A stretch of 64,000 nucleotides of DNA from Owenia fusiformis (Eukaryota). Positions 12,201 through 24,200 of the stretch are shown here, piece by piece; position 1 is the stretch's first letter, and the number at the start of each line of letters is the position of its first letter. The stretch covers positions 1,612,001-1,676,000 of the forward strand of contig CAIIXF020000001.1 in NCBI GenBank assembly GCA_903813345.2. Direction: 5' to 3'. Position numbers and translations under genes: made by a program. Below the pieces are notes generated by a model that was given only the letters and a program-made list of their open reading frames with translations, was not told where the DNA came from and searched no databases.

Positions 12201-15200
12201 GATATGTACTTCTTTCTGTAACTGGAATACGATTCTAATATACAAGTAACACATACGTATTCCCGGGGAACCATAAATATTTTGTGTAGGGTGTGGACAT
12301 TTTTCTTTTCGTTTCTCTAAAATCAGATTATTCTCATAAAATTCATACAAAGTTGGGCCTAAGCCTCTATTTTCGTATTCTGCATGTTAAGATATTTATA
12401 ATGTAAAACCTAAGAGATAAATTCAATGTCTTCAGTTGAGAATAAGTATAAGGTAAATGTGTGAATTCTGCTTGTTGTTGCACTATTTTTATAATAAACA
12501 AGGTTCGATACGCAACACTGAATAGACTGCAGTCATAGCTTAGTTGTAAAGAAAACAAAAGAAGTTGGGACGTGGTCATGCTTGAATACGATTTTAGATA
12601 TATCGCCGTTTACACTTGTTGAAATCGGCCTGTATTAATTTCAACAGGTGATCGGTGTACAAGGGCATATATTTGAGTTATTGGTTTAATGATAAGTATG
12701 ACCTATGAGTGGGTAATGTTTTACAAATGCATGAAACAAATACTCCAATGGCCTAATCTCAATTTTCCTGCATAAACTATTACATTGAAATGATGGTCAT
12801 TTGCTCTCTAACTTCCGCACTGCATACGTAACTTCGTAACAATTCAATAAGCCAAGACAGGACCGCTATAATCGCTACATGCCAGTGAAAGAAGATGTTA
12901 AGCCAAATTGACCTGATAGCTCAGAAAAAATAAAAATTTTCGACTTTTCTTTCTACAGTCCTTGTTGCCCCTTTAAGGCTGAAACATTAAGGCTGAGAAC
13001 ATTATTGCCACAATTCAGTATATTTGCATTCAGTCAATTTGTCAAACATTATTGCCACAATTTAGTATATTAGCATTCAGTCACTTGTCAAACATTATTG
13101 CCACAATTCAGTATATTGGCATTCAGTCAATTGCCCAATAGGCAACCAGTTTTTCCAAGTTCATTGGTAAGAGTGTAAAGTGATTACCATTGGCAGCCAG
13201 GTTGCCGTGAGTTTTTAACCTTGTTTATATATAAAATAACTACAAACCAGGGGTATAGACAGGAACTAAAATTAGAGGAGGTTAAATTAATTAGTGAGGC
13301 TTAGTGCTAAATGAAGATTATCACTACCTTTGAATTGTTAACACAATTTAAGTTGGAATTCCTGTTAAATTTCTTTAAGATTTTGAGTTAGGTTTCTCAT
13401 CTACATGTACATGTACGACGTAGCTCATGCCTTGCTAGTGGCTACACCCATGTACACTTATCATAGTCCTTTTATGAATGTAGTTTACAGGATAAAATAT
13501 ATTAAGTCATACATTTACTTCATACATTTCTTTTAGAGATAACCATGGTGGTGGTGCTATGATGCAGACTGTGAAGACTGAGCTGGGAATACAAGGGAAA
13601 TATGGCCCTAGAAAGCACCTGCTTGTTATACAGGGACTAGAGGATTACAATAAGGTATATATAGAGTACATATTAATGAATACTAAATAGTTTGTAATTG
13701 ATATAAATCAGTGGTTATGAAATAACTCTAAAAAACTGAATTCACTAGGGCAGAGCATTTGTACTGAAAGGAGCGTTTTCAGTACAAATATGTACTGAAA
13801 AATGTACTAGTTTTGTTTCAGTACAAATTTAAGTATATTTTTGTACTGAAAAATGCACTGAATTTTTTTCAGTATATTTTTCAGTACAAATTCATGTACT
13901 GAAAAATATACTGAATTTTAAGTACAAATTGTATATTTTTCAGTACAAATTGAAGTATAAATATGTACTGAAAAATGTACTGAATTTTAAGGACAAATTT
14001 AAGTGCAAAAATATACTGAAAAATGCACTGAAAATTTAAGGATAAATTTAAGTACAAATATATACTGAAAAATGTACTGAAATTTAAGTGCAAAAGTCAG
14101 TATAAAAATGTACTGAAAAATATACTGAAATTTAAGGATAATTTTAAGTATAAATATATGCAATGAGAAATATTTGTGCCCAATAATGGAAATAAGAGAA
14201 AACGTAAATGTAAGGCATACTTTATAAACTCTAAATCACTCAAAAAGTTCTTCGAATGGTGAAAAAGTGCATGATTTTAAAAGAATTTTTGGCGGGGGGG
14301 GGTTCGCTTGGACCCCTGAAACCCCCCCCCCCCCCCAACAGGAATGCTATTACATTATGAAATTATTTTGGATGCTTCCTTTACAGCATCCTTTATTGTT
14401 GTATTGTATTTTGTTTACCACCAATGAAGGTGAGCAATACCTCTTGGCTATGCCCCGTATATATACGATCGTAATTTACGTAATTAACATGGAAGATAGA
14501 CCCAGAAACCCCTCCTTGAAGGAGCCCTGTGTTCTTTTATGTGCACTTATACATAGACATACAAGTACACACCACAGCCTTTTGTACGAGTTGCGGACCA
14601 CTCAGTCAAACACCCTGAAGTACTTCACGCAAACAAGCAAATTTAGTCTTGCCTGAACCGGGGATCGAATCCGGGACCTATTGCGTAAGAGGTACCTGCG
14701 CTACCGCTGAGCTACACGGGTGGACTTAAAAGAGTCTCTCTGTAATCAGGTTTGTTTTGCCTTGTCAAAATATTTTGTTTTGTTGGTGGATTAATAAAGT
14801 TTCTTTAGACACATCCTTTATAAAAGCAGACTCTAATCAAACTGGAGAGGCTAGGTTTACTGTAATCAAGTGATTTCCTTTTTAGAAGTTATGTTGATGG
14901 ATTTATTAAAAACGGCCTAAATCACTCAAAAAGTTCTTAGAATGGTGAAAAAGTGCATGATTTTAAAATAATTTTTGACCGGGGGGGGGGGGGTTCGCTT
15001 GGACCCCTGAACCCCCCCCCCCCCCCCCCCCCCCCAGGAATGCTATTACATTATGAAATTATTTTGGATGCTTCCTTTACAGCAGCCTTTAACCAAACTT
15101 AAAAGAGTCTCTCTGTTATCAGGTTTGTTCTGCCTTGTCAAAATATTTTGTTTTGTTAATGGATGAATAAAGTTTCTTTAGACACATCCTTTAAAGCAGA

Positions 15201-18200
15201 CTCTAATCAAACTGGAGAGGCTAGGTTTACTGTAATCAAGTGTTTTCCTTTTAATAAGTTATGTTTTTGGATTTAATTATTTAAGACGCATCCTGTATAA
15301 ATTTCTTTTTAGCCCGATCAAACCTATCAAATATAATGCACATATAAGGGTTATGTACTGGGAGGTTTTGGATACCCATATTTCCTGAGGGATAAACCTT
15401 TTATTTAAAACTGATCGTACATAACATGTGTATTCCATACCTTTTGAGGTTTCTAGATACATTCTACCTTATTAAGTTCTAAAATTCAAAAACATTAAAG
15501 GTACATATTTTCTCAGTCTTAAAAATAAGATTTTCATGAGATTTTCACTCATATTGCTTGAGCAAATTAATTAATTGATATCAAAATTAAAATATATAAC
15601 ATGAACATAGAACCTCATTTGTTCGAGTAAAGCAAAATCCATGGTATAGATGTCAAAGTCAGGAAGATGTCGTAATTCAAAATCTAAGTATATTTTTCAG
15701 TATAAATTTACACTTAAATATGCCCTTAAATTTCAGTATATTTTTCAGTACATATTTGCACTTAAAATCACACTTAAATTTCAGTATATTTTTAAGTACA
15801 TATTTGCACTTAAAATCACACTTAAAATTCAGTATATTTATCAGTATAGATACGAGGGGTGATCCAAAAGTCTTGGACGCCCCACTCTAACTTTGCTATT
15901 TTCTAATATAATTACATGAAACTTTCAGATAATAAAGATCAACATCTAAACAACTTTGTGTATAAGTTTCAACAGAAACTAATATATTTTAGCTACTTTT
16001 CTAAATATTTTTTTTTTGATACCGGGTCCCTGCCACCCGGAACGGTATTTAAATATTGCAAATCACGTCACAACTGTTATAATGTGGCAAATACTTTAGG
16101 TGCAGGTGCACAACCTAACACCAGTCATGATATGGGAGAATTTCCAATTTTCAGTCTGAGTGTCATCTGCCATGATCATCTTCACATATTAAGACCTACT
16201 TTTCAACATATTTTCCACGAATTTGAACACATTTTTCATACCGCTTTACCAATGAATGAAAGACATTTATGAAACGGCCATTGCCTTTGTGATACAAATG
16301 CTGCTGGAGTGCCACTCTAAACCTCATCCAATGAGTAAAAAACATTTTCTTTCAACCCTCCTTTCAACTTGGAGAAAAGGAAGAAAATCACACAAAGCCA
16401 TATCTAGACTGTATCGTGCATATAGTAGTTGCTCAATGTCAAATATAGTGAAAATATATTGTAGTATTCTTTGTTCCACTTTGATTTCTTTCATGTTCTG
16501 CATTTCAGCAGCCATCTTGGAGCAAAAATGACACCAGAATGAGGGTTGATTGTCTGATGTCATTTTCTTAGAACTTGACATATACGGCCATTGCCATATG
16601 TGACATTATTATTAAAAAACAATTAATTGGTTGCCTAGTAACAAAGGAAGTAAACTAACATGGTTTAACATTCAAAATTTAAGGAAAGAAAGTGGTCAAG
16701 ACTTGCAAAACAAGTCAAATAGCGGCAACGTTTAAGGCTGAAAGTTGCCATGTGCGAATACCAGTGATCTCCCCAGGATTTTTTCTCAGGTGGGTGCAAA
16801 ATTCTTATTTTTACGATTCAAACCAAAATTGGTCAAAATATGCCAATTTTTCATGATTTTTCTCATTATCAAGTGGGTGCAAATGGATTTTCAGGTGGGT
16901 GCAAGCCTATTTTCAAAATCTCAGGTGGGTGCTGCACCCACTTGCTATAATGCTGGGGAGATCACTGAATACCGTTCCGGTTGGCAGGGTCACTATATAA
17001 ATAACTATCTAGAAAACTACATAAAATATATCAGTTCACCATGAAATTAATACACAATGTAGTTAGGTTGTTGGTCTTTATTATTGGAAACTTTAAAGTG
17101 ATTTTAGCAAAAATCAACAAAATTAGAGCAGGGCGTCCAAGACTTTTGGATCACCCCTCGTATATACTGAAAAATGTACTTTAAATTTCAGTACATTTTT
17201 CAGTACATATTTATACTGAAATTTGCACTGAAATTTTAAGTATATTTTTCAGTACATATTTATACTGAAAAATATACTTAAAAATTCAGTACATTTTTCA
17301 GTACATATTTGTACTGAAAACGCTCCTTTCAGTACAAATGCTCTGCCCTAGTGATTGTACCACACAAAGATTGCTTCTCAGACCCCACATTTTACAATTA
17401 CAATTAACAATTACAATTACAATTTACAATTACAATTACAATTTTTTACAATTCCAAATTTTGTCTGCATCCATCCAAACTTTTCTAAGACTTAATTGTG
17501 ATGGCACTAAGAAGCAAAAGATTTCTAAAATCAACATGTTGGACAAACTAATTAATACACTAGTACTGTAAACATTTAATCAATAGAGAATCTATTCAAG
17601 AATAACAATATTACACATTTTGTAGTTTAACAGTTATGACATATTGCATTTGTAATCATAGCAGATCACTGTACTTGTTGGAATCTGATATAACAACAGA
17701 GGATAAAAGCTTATTGACATGATATACTGTTCAGTATAAATGGTAAAATACAATCTGTGTGCAGCATAACAATCACATTAAAACAGTAACTTAATGCAAA
17801 TGTTGTCCTATAATATAATAAATTATACAAGGAATATTATTTAGGTTAATTTCGATTGCAGTGTCGACAGCGTTACATTGACAAGGCTCTGAGTGATTTC
17901 AGCAACAATAAAGGTGGCAGTGTGGTTGACATCGTGAACGACCAGCTAGGCCCTCTGGTGGCAGATTTGGTGCACTATGATGTGACATCATTTTGGCAGT
18001 TACACATCCAGGTATAGTGAGGAATTTGGGTGATTTACATGTACATAATACATATTTATATTAGATTGTAGTTATGTGTCACCATCATATTGTCATAGCC
18101 ATTGATCTTTTTGGCTACCACTGATGTCCAGCTTTGACATCTGTAACACTTGTTACACATTTGTAATTGTAACCAGGTGGTTTTCTTATTGTCATGTTAG

Positions 18201-21200
18201 TTTTGCCATCCCCAAGAATTGATGACATATTGTTATGACAACTGTGCTCACCTTAACACATGTATCCAAGTGTCGCCATAAATAGGTAGTGACATATTGA
18301 TACAGCCACCATTTTTCATGACTGGCAGTTGGTATCCGTAACAAATTGTTACATCTATGCAACTATTTGTAGTAACTTACTAGATGGTGGTATTGGGTCA
18401 TGTTAATGCCTTGTCACTTATAATGATATTGTTCCCGTTTACTATATGTTAATCCCATGTTATGTCAGCTGCATTATCTCAAATATGTCCATATTACATG
18501 TATCATGTGTTATCATGTATTTCTAGGTTTGTGTTGGTGTTGTTATACAGAGAACTGAGAAACCCCAGGAGGCAACAGACATTCAGGAACAGTTTATGCA
18601 GGGCCCAGGTACAAAACCACCATATCCAAATACCCTTCAATATATATCAAGTGAACCGTAATGTACATTTAGTCAACTTATCTACTTAAGGCTTTCGTGA
18701 TTATTGAATTGAAGACATACAATCAGAGTGATTGGCTGTTATTTTCCTATCCAGTATACAATGTATGTACATCCTATACAATTTAATCTTATGAATTTCC
18801 AGGTGATCATCCTGATGACCATATGCCAAGACAGCAAAACCTTAACAATTATGTAAGACCTCCTCCCACACCCCAGTCCGCTGCCAATAGTACACAGCCT
18901 GTCAAACCTGCCTCAAGGCACAAGTCTCCAACTCTCCCAACCCAAGCCCCACAAGTGCACACTCTACCCTCCACATCTAATGCCACCATTACAACTGCTG
19001 ATATAGGACAAATACAAGGTGTCCAAGAATCCCTTAACAATACAGTTGAAATACAGGGTGGTCAAGAATCTCAAGATGATGATCTTAGAAAAGCTATAGA
19101 ATTAAGCTTAAGACAAAGCCAAAATAGTTGTAATGTTAGAGCAGATGGACTAGGTCCAGTATCTTCCAATAGTGCCAATAAGTATAGTGCAAATGCATCA
19201 GAAGCAAAAGGTGCAACAGATGAAGGTCAACTCTCTGAAGAGGAACAGTTAAAAAGGGTTTTAGAATTAAGTAGGATTGAAACCGCAATGAACAGTGATC
19301 TAGTCAATGACTCTGATTATGCCTCTAAACTTGACAGAGGTCATGTAACCAATGCAAAAGCTATATATAAAGATGAGGCAAGACCAACACCATGCAAAAC
19401 ATTAGACAGAAATGAAAACCATGTGCCATATAGAGGAACAACATATTACACTGATGAAGTCCTTATTAGTAAAGCACCAGGTGCAAGAACTACAACTAAA
19501 CCAACAGCCGTTGATGAAGAGGAGGAGGAGATATTCAGAAGAGCTTTAGAATCTCTTGATAAACCAAAGATCAAGGAAGAACCAGTTGAGACCACCACTA
19601 CTGCAGAACCAATAGGAGCCAATAATGATGTTGAGTTTAAGAAGGCTCTTGAAGTAAGTCTTTTGGAAAGTCAAATTAAAAATGAGCCAATAGATTCAAG
19701 TGAGCAGTCTTGTCATCCTGTCAGACCACAGCAAAGACTTTCAAACATTGTTCATAACAGAATGGACATTACAAGCGATCATTTGAAAAGTAATCCTTCT
19801 GCAAGCAATGTCCATGTTATTAAAGAAGAAAAGATGGATAATGCCCACCCTGAGGATGATGATCTGAAAAAGGCTTTACAATTGAGTCTTATTGAAAGCC
19901 AGTTTGAGAAAGATCCAATTATAGCTCAACAATATTCGCCAGTTTGTTCCTCAATAGACACTAGGTCAGGTGACAGCTATGAGCCAATACTGAACAAGGA
20001 ATTATTCTCAATATCTGATGATCCAAATGTACAACATGACTTAGAGAAAAGTTTTCATGAAGATGAAAACAAAGTTGCCAAAAAAGGAGGAAACTCTAAG
20101 AAAAGACCTAGTCCAGATAGTGAACCACATGCCCCAACTAAAATCCAGAAACTGTATGATACACCAATTCAGAATCTAAGTGAAGAGGAACAGTTCAGAC
20201 TTGCCATGGAGGAAAGTATGAAAGAACCAGTGCCAAAAACTCAACTATATAAATCTGATATCCATGCTCCACCAAATGCCCCGAAATCAAGAGCTCAAGG
20301 TGTTCTGTCAGATGAGGAATATGCGAGAAAGCTGCAAGAAGAGCTTAACCAAACATCACCAAACAATAATGCTGATAAAGATGCAATCCTAGCTAGAAGA
20401 CTAAGTCTCAGCCAAGACCCAGTACAATATAAGCAATACATAGAAGATGCTAAGCTTGCTGTGAAACTAGAGGCAGGTGATATAGATATAATAGATGTAC
20501 CTGTTGATACCTTTGGGCCCCCAGGGGCTAGGGCTTTCAGTACACCATCTAAAGCCACATCTAGAAGGAAGGCAACAGTCATGAAACAGCCATCCAGAAC
20601 TGCATTAGGGAGCCCTATTGTGCATGTACCAGATACAGACAGCCAGGTAAGTATTCCATTGTACTCATGTTAGCATCAAGTCAAGTGTGTACTCGTCAGG
20701 TGTACCTGTATTTATTCTGCTTCATTCAAATATTACTATTTTTGGCGAAAGGAGTCTGCAAAGGTGCCCCAAAAGCAGTGAATGAAGAAATATAATCGGA
20801 TTAGCTAATTAAGCAAATCCACCTAATTAAGCTAATTAGGCAACTTTAATTAGCCTATAATAGCTTATTCCTTAAAGTAAGTCATATAAATGGTAAATTC
20901 TTAACATACTTACATAAATTGCTGATCAGTTGTTATTTCATACTAAACCTAATGAGGTGATAGGGGCTGGGTAGGTGGGTTTTTGCAATGCAGCTGACTG
21001 TTTGCTGGCTCTAGCTAGTCTAACTGAAGTTCTAACATAATTCAGTGCCTCTGTTCTGATGCCTTCATCACAAATTACCTATAAATCTACATTTTGGCTT
21101 CTAATTGGTATACTGCAAGAACATTCAAGCATGTATAAACTCTGCATATTGTAAGCTTAATTAACTAAAGGTCAGCATGGGGAAATAAAACTTAAAGGAC

Positions 21201-24200
21201 CTGTCCAACCTTATATGCCACCCTAAGCAAAACAAGCTTAAGCTTTACGGCACCAATTTCAAACACCTTTTCAATGCTTCCTTTTCAATTATTTCATAAT
21301 TTTCATGTGCAGATGCTAATAGAATAATTTGCTGTGAAGCATGATGTACTGAAAGCGTAAACCTTAATATTGATTTACAGTCAGGTTATAACAAGATAAA
21401 GTCTAATATTTTCAGTTAGCAGAATACAGACGCTTGCAGCAGATGAAACACAGTGGGAAGACTGCCAACATTTCTGGCCATCCCAGTCCTCGTAGTCCAC
21501 ATGTAAATGGGCCACATACACCTAAGGGGGCAAAATCTGTACCGACTGCTACATATACTCCTATGTCTAAGCAGGTTAGCTCCTCGTCTACCTCGACATA
21601 CATCCCTACGGCTGATAGGTCCATAAAACAACATGGCCGTATTCAACCTGGAACCCCTAACTTAGCCAAGCAATTGACAGGTTTGTGAATTGTTTGGAAA
21701 TATCTATGAGTTTTGAGGTAGAAGAGGGAACTCCCTCACCAAAACTTTACATATTTTGACTTGTCTCAACTATTATGTCACCACTATTATGTCACCACTA
21801 TGAAATGATGACATATTGTCATACCATACTTTTTTATCAAATCGTTACACTTTTGTAAACATTTACAGCTGAAGACATCATGTCATGTGTACTCATAGTG
21901 TCAATTTGCCTCACCTATTTTGGGATTCTGGCAATGCCCCTTGTGTCTTGATAAAGTAAAACAACAGAAATGAAAAATTGATTTATTAAATGTACATTGA
22001 AGTACTTGATGATGAAAAGGCCTTACAATTGCAACTTACAAATACATGTACCTTACAAATGCAACTATTCGTGCAGAAATTGTCTGGGATGATTTCTTTT
22101 CTTACAAAACTCAATATTACAATCAGTTTATTTATGACTGATGTTTACTTTTGTAGCAAAGGTACTCTATTGTCTGGTTAATTAAATTTTAATCTACATG
22201 GTATTTAAAAGAAACAATTTAATTTAAGATTCATGACTTATTTTATGAGCAGCATTACAGGAAATTGATATTGCATTTTTATGTTTAGAAAAGGAAATAA
22301 TCAATTAGAAAGTTGTTACTGTACAAATTGTTCAATTTAGTTGAACATGATATTTATACACTGATTAATTGCATACAAAGTGCAGAACTTTTATTATTCA
22401 ATTTATTTTTTATAAATCAATTTTTCAAGTTTGACCCACTTGTGTTTATAAAGTGTGTCTCAAATAAACTTTATGATTCAATCCCAGTGATTCAATTAGA
22501 TATCTCAAGATATATCCCCCTCCCCCTTCTCACCTTAATGAGCTATACTTCAGTTTTCATGTAATTTATAGGTGTGGTCCCACAAGCTGTAGTCAGTCCA
22601 AGAGTGCACTCCAACCCTGCTGTAACCCACAGGCCAGCCAGCCATACTCAACATGTAGCAGACCAACATATTGTGCACCCATTTAATAACACTCCCATCA
22701 TACCAAACCCTGACCTAACCCTGACCAATAATCCACTATCAAGCAAACATGATACAATTACGAAGGAGTTTCCTAATCCAAAATTAGCTTCTGGGGTCAA
22801 TCAAGGAACAGTGGCTCAGGTTCATGGAGAGAACACAGACCAAGGTTTTGCATCATCTCCATGCAAATATCAAGCAGAGGTTAAAGGTCATCAGGGGGTC
22901 AAGGTCAAAGATGAAGTTGTCATTATAGATAGTGATAGTGATGATGACCTACCACCAAGTGGAGTTGTGAAGCCAGGCAGCTTCAATCCTAAAGTGGGTA
23001 CAAAACAAGGTACGCTTTAAACGATTTATTTTCTCATAAGCTTCTAATGTATATTCATGTTATTTCTCATTGAATCATTTAATTTTCAATTAAAATTATT
23101 TCTTTTTGTTATTTAATTAATTGATTTGACTTTCATTTTTCATATTGCTTGCACCTTTGCATTTTGAATGTTGAGAAATCCAAAATATGTAAATGAAATG
23201 TCAGTTTTTTGTGATAATTTGTTTTGAGCTTGGAAGATGTTTTTTCTCCTAACCATTGATGTATCTCAGGTGGCACATTCACACATGGAGCAGAGCCACA
23301 CCAGTCCAACATCAAGTGTGGCAACTGTGGCAGACTGGGACACACAAGGACATCCAGTAGATGTCCTCATTACTACTCACAAGAAGAACATGATCGCAGA
23401 GAGGTGAGATATCCATAATTGCATAAAGGGCCACTGTAAAACCCATGTAACTGAAATGCCCTTGGTTCCACTAAAATGTGATCTACTTACGAGGGTAGAA
23501 TGACATTAAGTCAACTTTGGAGTGGTTCACTTATATTATACTGTAAGTTATAGAGGTTTGATTAACAACAGAAAATATGTTCACATGGTAACAAATCAGT
23601 TGATGAAGCATGCATTGGAACAATGTATAATAATATATTACAGTGTGGACACTATCAAACAGTATTGTCTAATCACAAGCAATGATACCTGGATAAAATC
23701 CTCACGCGGTCCTAACTTCGACCGTTAATTTGAATTTTTGACCTACCAGATGCTCGAAAATCAGGGATTGCGAGTTTCATACTGCACCGTTTTTCTTCAA
23801 ACTTATACCATTAAAAGCAAAACAAAATTGCCTTTCTGTCGGTGCATTACTTTATTGTAAAGAGTCCCTCGTTCTAGCAGCGTTTTGGTCCCCGGCTGTT
23901 AGAAGGCCTTCTTACACCTGGGGACCAAAATGCCGATGGAAGGGACTCTGTTTAGGAGAATAATGTACCAACAGAAATGGATTTTTGTTATGCTTTGAAT
24001 GGAACAAGTTTGAAGAAAAACGGTGCAGTATGAGACTCATAATCCTTGATTTTCAAACATCCGGTAGGCCAAAATTTCAAATTAACAGTCGAAGTTAACA
24101 CCGCGTGATCCTGCACATTCTATTTCCTATGCAATTTTGCTAAATAATTGATTCTTATTGTGTTTTCAATAGGCCAAGAAAGCTAAAGCAAGAGAGAAGA

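Larger units (their letters stand above)
9228..12972. mobile_element. Kolobok-like non-autonomous DNA transposon (~3.7 kb) with nested MITEs
   Basis: TTAA|AGGTGCAACAA ... TTGTTGCCCCT|TTAA (1 mismatch in 11 bp). The interior is CpG-richer than the host gene. Confidence 0.55.
13743..17353. mobile_element. CACTA/EnSpm non-autonomous transposon with subterminal repeats
   Basis: CACTAGGGCAGAGCATTTGTACTG...CAGTACAAATGCTCTGCCCTAGTG with a perfect TIR of about 65 bp and 3-bp TSD ATT. Many TGTACTGAAAAA subterminal repeats in opposite orientation at the two ends. Confidence 0.9.

Noticed and set aside
14650-14725. tRNA gene
   Set aside because: A/B boxes are present but the acceptor stem is imperfect, and the sequence continues into a SINE body and tail.
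15916-17044. Transposase ORFs inside the mariner element
   Set aside because: Short ORFs with no DDE/D or HTH motifs; the element appears non-autonomous.
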